From Actinobacteria bacterium UBA7524 (GTDB taxonomy: Bacteria > Actinomycetota > Coriobacteriia > Anaerosomatales > UBA912): DNA of 64,000 bases. The translations under genes were made by a program, and so were the position numbers. Below, piece after piece: positions 1-9,531 of this stretch (within the stretch, counting starts at the first letter, position 1; each line of letters opens with the position of its first letter). The DNA lies in the NCBI GenBank assembly GCA_002478275.1, contig DLMY01000009.1, positions 3,161 through 67,160 of the forward strand, in the 5' to 3' direction. The notes under the pieces were generated by a model that was given only the letters and a program-made list of their open reading frames with translations, did no database searches and was not told where the DNA came from.

Positions 1-426
1 CCCGAGCGAGTCGCGGTCGATGCCGCCAGCTCCACTGCGTGTGCTCCGGCCCTTGGCCGCCTCGAACAGCACCGCCCGGTCTCGCACCTCGATGCGCCCG
101 GGGCCTTTCGCTCCGAGTCTGCGCACCAGGCCCGCATCGGCGCTCACCAAGCACACGGGTTCCTCGGCGTTCTCGGCAAGCCTCACGATGAGGTCATCGG
201 CGCTCTCCCCACGTGAGAAGCGAACGCCGGCCGGGGTAGCGTACGTGTGGCCGCCCGCATGCGTGTCCTCGCCGTCGAACACGATGACGGTTCGACCGGG
301 GCCGAGCAACCGCGGAGAACGTGCACGTACGCGAGCGATCAGCGCCTCGCGTTGCTCCTCGAGGGAGAGCGCGCGCGTCGCGGGATCGGCTTTGGTCACG
401 TTGTAGCCATCGATCAGGTACAGCAT
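1..426 (-). CDS. NYN/YacP-like PIN-fold ribonuclease (3' end runs off the window)
   Basis: Not in the ORF track. Manual translation from ATG 426: MLYLIDGYNVTK...VIVFDGED...FSRGESADDLIVRL...VCLVSADAGL, matching NYN_YacP acidic motifs. TACCAT lies 6 nt before the ATG. Confidence 0.85.
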   Translation of the reverse strand, partial: MLYLIDGYNVTKADPATRALSLEEQREALIARVRARSPRLLGPGRTVIVFDGEDTHAGGHTYATPAGVRFSRGESADDLIVRLAENAEEPVCLVSADAGLVRRLGAKGPGRIEVRDRAVLFEAAKGRSTRSGAGGIDRDSLG

Positions 427-474
427 AGCGACATGGTACGCCACCGGCGGGTCGACTGCAGGGTCGGCTCTGGC

Positions 475-711
475 TCAGGATGGCCGCTCGCCATCCAGGC
501 GCTCGCGCACCGTGAGCAGCCACTGTGCAATCTCGGAGCCTCCGTCGAGAAGCGAGAAGTACTGGATCGCGCATCCCGTGTGTGGCACAGCCTTGCCGTC
601 GCCAGGGTGGCCGGGTTCGACGTGCTCAACCACACGCCAGAACTGACAATGCTCCTCGCGACAGTGAGAGATGATGCCGTTGAGAGCATCGAGCTTGCAG
701 TCGTCGGTCAT
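475..711 (-). CDS. Small Cys-containing hypothetical protein (78 aa)
   Basis: MTDDCKLD...HCREEHCQFWR...TGCAIQYF...AQWLLTVRERL; GGAGG RBS upstream of ATG 711. Confidence 0.65.
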   Translation of the reverse strand: MTDDCKLDALNGIISHCREEHCQFWRVVEHVEPGHPGDGKAVPHTGCAIQYFSLLDGGSEIAQWLLTVRERLDGERPS

Positions 712-817
712 GCGAGCCTCCATGTCGGGTAAGGTTGATTGTATCAAGCGCCACTGTGGGCCCGCTGTCGGCGGTCTCACCACACATGCACGTGCCGTGC
801 CACGGGAGGTCTTGAAG

Positions 818-2086
818 ATGGAACAGCGGACTGCGGTTCTCGGACTGACGCTCACGGCCCTGGTGGCCGGTGTGATGCTCGGTACGACGACCGGCTGCAA
901 CCGCAGTAGCGATCCGGTCGTGGTCGAGCCTCCTCCCAGCCAGGAGCATCCGACGATCGGCGCACAGGGCGAGCCGGGTGACCTCGACAGCGTGATGCTC
1001 GCGCTCGAGCCCGTGGCGACAGGGTTCGACCAGCCGCTGTACGTGACGAGTGCGGGCGATGGCTCGGGCCGGCTGTTCGTGGTCGAAAAGGGCGGATGGA
1101 TCCACGTGCTACGCGACGGCGAGAGGGTGGCCGTGCCCTTCCTGGATCTCTCAGCTTCGGTGAGTACGGACTCCGAACGAGGTCTCCTCGGCCTGGCGTT
1201 CTCTCCCGAGTACAAGGAGAACGGACGCTTCTACATCAACTACACAGATCGCAGTGGCACCACCGTGATATCGCGCTTCTCCGTCTCGCCCGCCGACCCG
1301 GATGTCGCCGATGGCGGGAGTGAACAGGTCCTGCTGCGCATCGAGCAGCCGTATGCCAACCACAACGGCGGCCATCTCGCGTTCGACCCGGACGGATACC
1401 TGATGATCGGCATGGGCGATGGCGGCTCAGGCGGTGACCCGCAAGGGCACGGCCAGGACCCGTACTCGTTGCTGGGCAAGATGCTGCGCATCGACGTCGG
1501 CGAGTCCGGCGTGCCGGCTCGCGGCGAGCCCTACGGCATCCCGGAGGGCAACCCGTGGGCCGAGCCCGAATCCGACGAAGACCCCTTGCCCGAGATCTGG
1601 GCGCTCGGCATGCGCAACCCCTGGCGCTTCAGTTTCGACCGTACGACCGGAGACCTGTGGATCGGCGATGTCGGTCAGAGCGAGCGCGAGGAGATCGACT
1701 TCGAGCCGGCAGACTCGGGTGGCGGCAGGAACTACGGCTGGAACGTACTCGAAGGAGCGCAGCCCTATCCGCCAGGCAGTGACCCCGGAGACACATCAGG
1801 GTTCACGATGCCGGTGATCGAGTACGATCGCGCCGCAGGGAAATCGGTGACCGGCGGGTACGTCTACAGGGGGTCAGCGTACCCGAACCTCAACGGTGTG
1901 TACCTGTACGGCGACTTCGTAAGTGGGCGCATCTGGGGCATGGCGCCTGATGGCGACGGGTGGCGCAACCGGCTGCTCGCCGAGACCGCAAGGGCGGTCG
2001 TCTCCTTCGGCGAGGACGACGCCGGCGAGCTCTACGTGGTCGACTTCAACGGGGAGGTGCTGCGGGTCACCGACTCGCAGCCGTAG
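818..2086 (+). CDS. PQQ-dependent glucose/sorbosone dehydrogenase family lipoprotein
   Basis: Lipobox-like TTGC; ERGLLGLAFSP, NHNGG, GMGDGG, GMRNPWRFSFD, DVGQ motifs; GGAGG RBS. Confidence 0.9.
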   Translation: MEQRTAVLGLTLTALVAGVMLGTTTGCNRSSDPVVVEPPPSQEHPTIGAQGEPGDLDSVMLALEPVATGFDQPLYVTSAGDGSGRLFVVEKGGWIHVLRDGERVAVPFLDLSASVSTDSERGLLGLAFSPEYKENGRFYINYTDRSGTTVISRFSVSPADPDVADGGSEQVLLRIEQPYANHNGGHLAFDPDGYLMIGMGDGGSGGDPQGHGQDPYSLLGKMLRIDVGESGVPARGEPYGIPEGNPWAEPESDEDPLPEIWALGMRNPWRFSFDRTTGDLWIGDVGQSEREEIDFEPADSGGGRNYGWNVLEGAQPYPPGSDPGDTSGFTMPVIEYDRAAGKSVTGGYVYRGSAYPNLNGVYLYGDFVSGRIWGMAPDGDGWRNRLLAETARAVVSFGEDDAGELYVVDFNGEVLRVTDSQP

Positions 2087-2113
2087 GCTCGGGCTCGGCC
2101 ATGAACCCGGGGG

Positions 2114-4519
2114 CTACTCGTACGCGATCGCATCGCGCACACTGACCTGCGATGCCCGAAACGCCGGCAGCAGGCTCGCCAGCACCGCGATGAACAGCAC
2201 CGCCACCAGCCAGAAGCCCACACCGAACCAGGAGAAGTCGTACTGCAGCGGCAGGTTCATCGCCGAGGAGAGCATGCCGGTCAAGGCCACACTCGCCGGC
2301 CAGGACAACACGGCGCCCAGCACCCATGCCATGAACGCGATCACGACTCCCTCGGTGATGAAGATGTTGTAGATGGCGCCGTGGCTGGCCCCCAGTGCGC
2401 GCATGACGCCGATCTCACGTGTGCTCTCCATGACATTTATCGTCATGGTGCCCGTGAGCCCGATAACGCCCACGAGGGCCAGCAGGACCGCCATGATCGC
2501 AAGAAACGTCACCAGGATGCCGAGCTGGCTGGCGATCGTATCGCGTTGCTCGATCTGCGTCTGCGTCGCAGCCACAGGGATGCCCGCGTCCTCGAAACGC
2601 CTCTCGAGTTCGCGCGCCGCTTGTTCCTGCGCGGTAGCGTGGTGATGCTCGGTCGTCACGAAGACACGGTTGATGCCGCCACCAGCCTGAAGGATGGCAT
2701 CCATATGCCCGATGGGCGCGAAAGCCACGGGCCCCATCATGCCACCCGACACCACCCCGACGACCTGCCAGTCCTCCTCGATCCCCAGGATCGACAGCGT
2801 CACGGTGCTGCCCAGCGCGAACTCGGGTTCCTCTTTCAGGATATCGGCGTTCACCACCAGCGCGGAGGTGTCTCCCGCTTCCAGCCAACGGCCCTGCTCC
2901 AACTGAGGCGCGACGAACGGCGTGTCTGGAGGAAGCCCGATGACCGACACACCCTCCCCTTCCGTGCCGTCCTGGCGCTTGAGCGTCGCCGGATAGTCGA
3001 GCATCCCTTCGGCAGTGGCGACTCCGCGGCTTCTCGCCGCCTCTCGCAACGCCCGGGGTCCGTTCTCGGTGCGGGCAAGATAGAACTGCGCGTCGAACTG
3101 CCAGACGTCGACCTCATCCACGGTCGCCAGGATGGAGCTGCGGACCGTGAGCACGCTCATGACCACGGCGGAGGCCATGACGAGTGTCGTGAGGGTCAGG
3201 GCGAGTCTACCCTTTCGTAGGAAGGTGTTGCGCAGACTGAGCGCGACCGGCCGGGGCAGCCCTCGAAGCAGTCCCAAGACCCGGTCCACAAGCCCGTGGC
3301 CGAACCTGGCCGCAGTGATGCCCGTGGCCGTGAGAGCACGCACGACCGGCATCCGGGTGCCGAGCCGGACCGGGATGATCGCGGCGGCGAGCGGCACCGC
3401 AAGTCCCACCGCTGCTCCCAGCAAGCTCACGTACACAGGTGGGGCGTACGAGGTGATGCGGAAGTTCAGCAATCCCGCCCCGTACTCCGTGAACCACCTG
3501 CCCGCCACTATGCCCGACGGCAAGCCCACGGCCACGGCCAGCACGCCATAGATAAGAACCATAGCCAGGTACATCCACGTGATCTGAGACGCCCGCCCCC
3601 CGACGGCCTTCATGATCCCAACCTGTTTGACCTGCTGCGACATGAGAGCCTGAACCGTGGTGACAACCAAGAACCCGGACAACAACAACGCCATCACACC
3701 CAATGCCAACAGCAACAGGGAGACCGCCTTGAAGATGTCGCCGAGGAAATGGCTGCCCGGTTCGGGAACGTTGGTCTGCATGACCCTGACACCCCTGGCC
3801 GCCACCACGTCGTCCCGCACGTTGGCCGCCAATCTGCTCGCCTGCGGCCGGGTGATCGAGGGGTCCTCGGCAAGTAGCGCGATGGTGTTGTACTCGCATG
3901 GCTCGTCGAACATCGCGAGCGTCTCCATGGAGATGAAGCCTGTCGACATAGCCACGAAGGTGGCCGGGAACGCGTTGATGTCATGTGCGAAGCCGGCAAC
4001 GCGCAACCTGGCGCGCTTGCCGCTCGGTGACTCCACCGTCAAGACATCGCCGATCCGGTAGTCACCCACAGTGCGCGCCGATTGCTCCAGCAGGATCTCG
4101 CCGGTCTTGGGAGGCCACGACACGACGTCTTCGGGCGTGAACCGCCTGACACTCTGGCCCTCGAAGTCACAGACCGCCCAGACCTGAGCCGTACTCCAGC
4201 CGGAAGACGGGACGTCCGCTTCAGGTGTGCCGACCGTGAATCGCAACGGGACCGACCTGCGTCCTTCCGCCGCCTCCACACCGGGGTATCGGGAGACCGC
4301 ATCGATGACACTGTCATCGGCGATATCCACGTGCATCGTGGCTGTAGGTGGCCTCGAATCGCCGAAGACCGTCTCGAATTCCCGCATCAGGATGCCTCGT
4401 CCGCCCAGCACGACGATGATCGAGAAGATGCCTACTGCGATCGAGAGCACGACGAGCAACGTGCGGAACCGGTGAGAGGAGAGGTCCCGAAAGACCTTGC
4501 GCCAACGCGGGGTGATCAC
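2114..4519 (-). CDS. MacB/FtsX-family ABC transporter permease (duplicated)
   Basis: Two FtsX-like repeats ([10 protein letters not shown]; [11 protein letters not shown]) with TM clusters and large external domains. Confidence 0.9.
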   Translation of the reverse strand: MITPRWRKVFRDLSSHRFRTLLVVLSIAVGIFSIIVVLGGRGILMREFETVFGDSRPPTATMHVDIADDSVIDAVSRYPGVEAAEGRRSVPLRFTVGTPEADVPSSGWSTAQVWAVCDFEGQSVRRFTPEDVVSWPPKTGEILLEQSARTVGDYRIGDVLTVESPSGKRARLRVAGFAHDINAFPATFVAMSTGFISMETLAMFDEPCEYNTIALLAEDPSITRPQASRLAANVRDDVVAARGVRVMQTNVPEPGSHFLGDIFKAVSLLLLALGVMALLLSGFLVVTTVQALMSQQVKQVGIMKAVGGRASQITWMYLAMVLIYGVLAVAVGLPSGIVAGRWFTEYGAGLLNFRITSYAPPVYVSLLGAAVGLAVPLAAAIIPVRLGTRMPVVRALTATGITAARFGHGLVDRVLGLLRGLPRPVALSLRNTFLRKGRLALTLTTLVMASAVVMSVLTVRSSILATVDEVDVWQFDAQFYLARTENGPRALREAARSRGVATAEGMLDYPATLKRQDGTEGEGVSVIGLPPDTPFVAPQLEQGRWLEAGDTSALVVNADILKEEPEFALGSTVTLSILGIEEDWQVVGVVSGGMMGPVAFAPIGHMDAILQAGGGINRVFVTTEHHHATAQEQAARELERRFEDAGIPVAATQTQIEQRDTIASQLGILVTFLAIMAVLLALVGVIGLTGTMTINVMESTREIGVMRALGASHGAIYNIFITEGVVIAFMAWVLGAVLSWPASVALTGMLSSAMNLPLQYDFSWFGVGFWLVAVLFIAVLASLLPAFRASQVSVRDAIAYE

Positions 4520-5289
4520 CGGGCGGGCCCGTCGACGAAGGTGTCAGCCCGCACGGTGCGCGGCCGGTGCACGCGCTCCTCGACGATCTCCCCGTCGGCG
4601 ACGTGCAGCGCACGGCGGACCCGTGCCGCCATGTCGTTGTCGTGCGTGACCATCACGATGGTCTTGTGCTCGTCGACGAGCTTCTCGAACAAGTGGAAGA
4701 CGGCGTCCGCCGTCTTGGAGTCGAGGTTACCGGTAGGCTCGTCGGCCGCGATGATCGGGGGATCGTTGGCGAGGGCGCGAGCGATAGCGACACGCTGCTG
4801 CTGCCCCCCGGAGAGTGCGGCGGGCAGCTTGTGTGCCTGGTCGGCCATCTCGACCTGTTCGATCAGGTGCATCGCGCGCTCGGGACGCTCGAGCGGGTCG
4901 TAGACGTTGCAGAAGTCCATGGGAAGCATGACGTTCTCGATGACCGTCAGCGTCGGCAGCAACTGGAAGAACTGGAACACCACCCCGATGGTGCGCCCCC
5001 GCCAGATGGCCAGCTGGTTCTCGTTGAGAGCATGAACTGGCGTTCCCGCCACTTCGACCGTGCCGCTGGTGGGCCGGTCGATGCCCGTGATCATGTTGAT
5101 GAGCGTGGTCTTGCCCGAACCGGACTTGCCGATGAGCCCTACGAACTCGCCGCTGTGGACGTGAAGGTTCACATCTCGCAGCGCCGTGAACGGCACCTCA
5201 CCGCTGTCGTAGACCTTCACGACATCACGCAAGGCAAGCAATACGCTGTCGTCCGCTGCATCAGCGGCGTGGGACTCAGAATCGATCAC
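4516..5289 (-). CDS. LolD/MacB-type ABC transporter ATP-binding protein
   Basis: [37 protein letters not shown]. Confidence 0.95.
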   Translation of the reverse strand: MIDSESHAADAADDSVLLALRDVVKVYDSGEVPFTALRDVNLHVHSGEFVGLIGKSGSGKTTLINMITGIDRPTSGTVEVAGTPVHALNENQLAIWRGRTIGVVFQFFQLLPTLTVIENVMLPMDFCNVYDPLERPERAMHLIEQVEMADQAHKLPAALSGGQQQRVAIARALANDPPIIAADEPTGNLDSKTADAVFHLFEKLVDEHKTIVMVTHDNDMAARVRRALHVADGEIVEERVHRPRTVRADTFVDGPAR

Positions 5290-5331
5290 ACCTGGACAAC
5301 TCCTACGTCACGGGCGTCAGTGCCCGGTCCA

Positions 5332-5838
5332 TCATAGATGGATACTGCGGCGGAACCGCTTGAAGACGACGGCCTCGATGACGAAGACCAGTGCGGCGCC
5401 GATACCTAAGAACGCCTTCCACCGCTGCGGGGGTCTCGCCGTCTCTTCACCACGTCCTACGACTTCGAAGGACGTAGCATGAACGTCGAATTCTCCGGCA
5501 TGCTGCTCACATACGACGTTGACCACGCCAGAGACACGGACGACATCTCCTGAACGCTTGTACGAGCCGAAGCTCTCGACCGTGGCAGCTTCCGCAGCTG
5601 GCACGTAAACACCCACCGCCGTGGAGTCGCCGAGCACATTCACCCAACGGTGTCCGTCGTCGGCACGAAGGCTCTCGCCTATGACTTCTCCCACGAACAC
5701 GACGTTCGACCCATCGAGATCGCGGTCGATCACGATGATCTCATCCGGGGTCGTCAGGGTCTCCTCGGCGTGAGTGTACGCCGGTGAGTACAGCAAGAGC
5801 AGGACCACGGCGATGAGGAATGCGGCCAGACGACTCAT
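5332..5838 (-). CDS. Exported OB-fold-like protein with C-terminal membrane anchor
   Basis: Signal peptide, beta-rich core (VVFVGEVIG...GDVVRVSGVV), CEQHAGEFDVH motif, C-terminal TM plus basic tail. Confidence 0.7.
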   Translation of the reverse strand: MSRLAAFLIAVVLLLLYSPAYTHAEETLTTPDEIIVIDRDLDGSNVVFVGEVIGESLRADDGHRWVNVLGDSTAVGVYVPAAEAATVESFGSYKRSGDVVRVSGVVNVVCEQHAGEFDVHATSFEVVGRGEETARPPQRWKAFLGIGAALVFVIEAVVFKRFRRSIHL

Positions 5839-7353
5839 TCACTGTCTCCTGTTGCGTGTCGGCCCCACGGCGAGCACGAATTGGGCAACCAGGACGAGTA
5901 CCGCGAGAAACTCGAGTCGGCCAGCCCACATCTGGGCCATGTAGACGAGCTTGAGACCCACAGGCATCCCGGGGCCGGTGATGCCCGTCGACAGGCCCAC
6001 ATTCGCGGTTGCTGAGATCGACTCGAACATCGCTTCGCCCGCACTATATCCATACGCCCCGCCGATCAGCCCACCGGTGATGTAGGTGATGACATAGAGT
6101 ATGAAGACCACAGCAGCGGCGCTGCCGAGTTCCGGGGTCAGGAACTTCTCCCCGAGGTGATGGATCCTCGTGGAGATCACCGCAGACGGTGGCGCCAATG
6201 ACGCTTTCACCTGGTGCAACAGCGACTTGACTATCACACCCAGTCGAAGCGCCTTGATGCCTCCCGCTGTCGAGGAGACCGCACCACCCGCTGCCATAGC
6301 CAGCATGATCGCGGCCAGCGCCCCGCCTCCGAAGTCGAGTGACCACTGGGATGCGTAGATGGTCTGATGCCCCGTGCCCGTGTGGGCTGACAGCACGTGG
6401 TAGGCACCCTTTCTCACGGTCTCCAACGGCCCTGAGAAGCGAGTGGCGGTCAGACCGATGGCTACGAAGGCCGAGAGAACCAGGGTGTTGATGGCCAGGA
6501 CGCGTGTTTCGATGCTGCGCCACAGCTCCATACGATCGCCGCGCCAGACTTGCGCATGGAGGTTGAAGTTCATCGTACCGGCGATCATCAGGAACACCGA
6601 GACCGTCTCGAACAGGTAGCTGTGATAGTACAACGCGTTTTGAGACTGAGGCCCGAACCCTCCAGTGTCGTAAGCGGCGATCGATATCCAGAACGCGTGC
6701 AAGACGCTTCGCGAAGCGTCCATGCCCAGGTAGAGGTTCACGGCGGTCAGTGCGGTGGTCCCGATCAACACATAGACGGCGGTCACGTACCAGATGAAGC
6801 GCGCCGTGTTCACGACATTGGGCAGGATCCTCTCATCACGACCCTCGGCGAGGTACAGCGAGAACGCACCCGAGCGCATCCCGATTGCAAGAGACAGGGC
6901 CGCCACGACGATTCCCTGACCGCCGATCAGGTGTGTCAGGTGGCGCCACATGTTGTGCGAATAGGACATGTGATCCAGATCGCGCACGACGGTCAGCCCC
7001 GACGTGGTCAGACCGGACAGCGCATCGAAGGCGGCATCGAGATAAGTCGCGTAGTTGGGCGACAGCGCAAGCGGGATGGCGGCCACCAGGGATGCAGCCA
7101 GCCAGCCCAAAGCAGTCAACGCAAGCGCGTGTGTGTGAGTGACCGGCTCGCCTTCAACCTCAGCGAAGCGGAGTGCGCCACCGATTGCGAACGCGATCGC
7201 GGAACCCAGGAAGAAGTCCAGCGCCGCATCCCACTCGGCGAAGACGACAGCCGTGACAAGCGGCACCACCATCGCGATCCCTATACCGATGACGAACAGG
7301 CCGGCGTAGTGCAGCACCACGCGAACGTCTGTCCTGTGCATGCGCAGCCACAT
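5839..7353 (-). CDS. trkH: TrkH/KtrB-family potassium uptake membrane protein
   Basis: Four pore-loop motifs (SGLTTSGL, AYDTGGF, AHTGTGH, ATANVGLS), STAGGIK, GRLE. Confidence 0.9.
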   Translation of the reverse strand: MWLRMHRTDVRVVLHYAGLFVIGIGIAMVVPLVTAVVFAEWDAALDFFLGSAIAFAIGGALRFAEVEGEPVTHTHALALTALGWLAASLVAAIPLALSPNYATYLDAAFDALSGLTTSGLTVVRDLDHMSYSHNMWRHLTHLIGGQGIVVAALSLAIGMRSGAFSLYLAEGRDERILPNVVNTARFIWYVTAVYVLIGTTALTAVNLYLGMDASRSVLHAFWISIAAYDTGGFGPQSQNALYYHSYLFETVSVFLMIAGTMNFNLHAQVWRGDRMELWRSIETRVLAINTLVLSAFVAIGLTATRFSGPLETVRKGAYHVLSAHTGTGHQTIYASQWSLDFGGGALAAIMLAMAAGGAVSSTAGGIKALRLGVIVKSLLHQVKASLAPPSAVISTRIHHLGEKFLTPELGSAAAVVFILYVITYITGGLIGGAYGYSAGEAMFESISATANVGLSTGITGPGMPVGLKLVYMAQMWAGRLEFLAVLVLVAQFVLAVGPTRNRRQ

Positions 7354-7369
7354 GTCCGGCTGTCTCCTC

Positions 7370-7501
7370 CTAGAATGCCCAGGCGATCAGTGCGGCAAGA
7401 CCTGCCACGACCGCGATGAACACGTAGAAGACGACCACCTCGGACGCAAGGCCACTCAGCCAATGCTCGAAAGGACTCTGAAACCGGTGTGTCCTCGCCA
7501 T
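7370..7501 (-). CDS. Small single-TM membrane protein (43 aa) upstream of trkH
   Basis: Manual translation MARTHRFQSPFEHWLSGLASEVVVFYVFIAVVAGLAALIAWAF*; stop codon overlaps the trkH RBS (TAGGAGG); TTGAGC-N18-TATGCT promoter-like sequence upstream. Confidence 0.65.
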   Translation of the reverse strand: MARTHRFQSPFEHWLSGLASEVVVFYVFIAVVAGLAALIAWAF

Positions 7502-7642
7502 CAGTACGCCTCGCCCTTCCGGTCGGTCATATACACAAAATAACAGCATAGTCCTGCGGCTGTCGCATGCTCAATACCTCCGGCGCGGTCGAGCCCTGTG
7601 AACCAGGCGTCTCGGGCGAAGCGCCGCGCCCGCGCACGATCG

Positions 7643-8752
7643 CTAGCGCCCCCGCTCCCGCTGGAAGCGCTTGATCTCGCGTTGCATCACCTTGTCCGCA
7701 CGCTTCTTCTCGGCTCGCGCCCGCTGGTCACGGCGCGCCTCCAGCGCGTCGAGCTCGCTGCGCAGCCTCTGCCAGCTCTCCAGGCGCCGCGGCGTGAGTT
7801 CGCCGTCCTCGACCGCCTGCTGTACGGCGCATCCGGGTTCAGCCGCATGACGGCAGTCGCCGAAACGGCAGTTCTCGGCGAGCTGTTCGATGTCGGCGAA
7901 CGCAACGCTCAGGCCCTCCTCGGAATCCCAGAGCGCAAGGCCGCGCATTCCCGGCGTATCCACGATCACGCCACCTCCGGGAACCAGGAACAACTCGCGG
8001 GTCACCGTCGTGTGTCTACCCTTGTCATCCCCCGCCCGCGTCTCCTGGGTCTCGAGAACGTCCTCGCCGATGAGCTTGTTGACGAGTGTCGACTTCCCGA
8101 CACCCGAACTGCCGAGGAGAGCCGCTGTCTGCCCGTAGGGCACACGCTCCCGCACCTGTTCGAGTCCCAGACCCGTGACCGCGCTCTCGATGATGATGTC
8201 CACGCCCAAAGCGATCTCCCGCGCAGGCGCCGCGAGGGCCTCCGGGTCGTCGACCAGATCGGCTTTGGTGAGCACGATGACAGGCGTCGCACCGCTCTCC
8301 CACACAAGGACCAGTTCGCGTTCGAGGCGCCTGTCGTTCACGCCGCCGCCCGAGAGCGACTGGACGACGAACACGGTGTCCACGTTCGCGACGAGTACCT
8401 GCGCGGTGGTCTCCGCACCCGGATCCTTGCGCACGAACGTGCCCTCTCTAGGCAGGATGGCCTCGACGATCGAGATGTCGTGACCCTCGGGGCGCGCCAG
8501 TGCGACCCAGTCGCCCACGGCCAGCCGTGTGTCGATCCCTGGAGCGGATTTCATGAGGTGGACGGCGAGCTCGGCCCGCACGACACCGTGAGCTGTGGCC
8601 AGCAGCGGCATCCCTCGATCCAGACGCGTGACGCGGGCCGGCTCGAAACCCTGATCGGCAAGGGGTGCGAACAGCGCCTCGACGCGGCTCCCGTAACCGA
8701 GCCGTGCAAGGTCTTCCATCCCCCCAAAGGGATCTGTGCTCGAGGCGCTCAC
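7643..8752 (-). CDS. rsgA: Ribosome small subunit-dependent GTPase A
   Basis: AVGDWV, TKADL, GSSGVGKST, GRHTT, DTPG, CRFGDCRHAAEPGC. Confidence 0.95.
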   Translation of the reverse strand: MSASSTDPFGGMEDLARLGYGSRVEALFAPLADQGFEPARVTRLDRGMPLLATAHGVVRAELAVHLMKSAPGIDTRLAVGDWVALARPEGHDISIVEAILPREGTFVRKDPGAETTAQVLVANVDTVFVVQSLSGGGVNDRRLERELVLVWESGATPVIVLTKADLVDDPEALAAPAREIALGVDIIIESAVTGLGLEQVRERVPYGQTAALLGSSGVGKSTLVNKLIGEDVLETQETRAGDDKGRHTTVTRELFLVPGGGVIVDTPGMRGLALWDSEEGLSVAFADIEQLAENCRFGDCRHAAEPGCAVQQAVEDGELTPRRLESWQRLRSELDALEARRDQRARAEKKRADKVMQREIKRFQRERGR

Positions 8753-8842
8753 GAGGAAAAGGGTAGCACGCGTGGGCTACACTAGCAGGACTTCTCGCCA
8801 CATCCACACGCGGATCACGACCGATCGCCGAAAGGGGCCACC

Positions 8843-9427
8843 GTGTCTAAGAAGCGACTTGGACCCACCGACCGCGTCTACCCCATGCCCTGCCCGCTCG
8901 TCGTCGGCGGCACTGCCGAGAACGCCGACACCCTCGCAGTCGCATGGATCGGCATCGCCAGCGCCACGCCGCCTTCAATAGGCATGGCACTCAGACGCAC
9001 CCGCCACACGCTCGAGCTGATCCGCGAACACCGCGAGTTCACGGTCAACATACCTTCGAGCGACATGGCCGACGTTGTGGACTTCTGCGGCATCACCTCA
9101 GGGCGAGCGGTGGACAAGTGGGCTGCGACCGGGCTGACGCTCGAGCCGGCCGCAGCCATCTCCACACCACTGATCGCACAGTGCCCCTACAACCTGGAAT
9201 GCCGGGTCACGCACGAGGTCGAGATCGGCGAGTACGTATTCGTCATCGGGGAGGTCATCGAATCACACGCCGAGGAGACCGTCCTGGACTCCGAAGGCGC
9301 AGCGGTCGATGTGTCGTTGCTCGATCCGCTCGTCTATATCGCAGGCAGCCGTGAGTACCGAAAGCTCGGGGACAAGGTCGCCGACGCGTTCTCGGTGGGC
9401 AGAACGCTGGGCGAGCCGCCTGCGTAG
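8843..9427 (+). CDS. Flavin reductase-like (flavoredoxin) protein
   Basis: YPMP, EFTVNIP, DFCGITSG..DK, CPYNLEC. Confidence 0.9.
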   Translation: MSKKRLGPTDRVYPMPCPLVVGGTAENADTLAVAWIGIASATPPSIGMALRRTRHTLELIREHREFTVNIPSSDMADVVDFCGITSGRAVDKWAATGLTLEPAAAISTPLIAQCPYNLECRVTHEVEIGEYVFVIGEVIESHAEETVLDSEGAAVDVSLLDPLVYIAGSREYRKLGDKVADAFSVGRTLGEPPA

Positions 9428-9445
9428 CAGTCAGGTCATCGTCGG

Positions 9446-9461
9446 CTTGACGTCAGTCAAG
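9446..9461. promoter_or_regulatory. Palindromic FNR/CRP-family-like operator CTTGAC-N4-GTCAAG
   Basis: Perfect inverted repeat about 70 nt upstream of the DUF438 gene; resembles the FNR box TTGAT-N4-ATCAA. Confidence 0.55.
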
Positions 9462-9531
9462 TCATCCCCGCCCACATCTCGGGTATTACCCTTGAATACC
9501 CAGTCGTCGTGCGATGCCATAGGAGGCGGTC

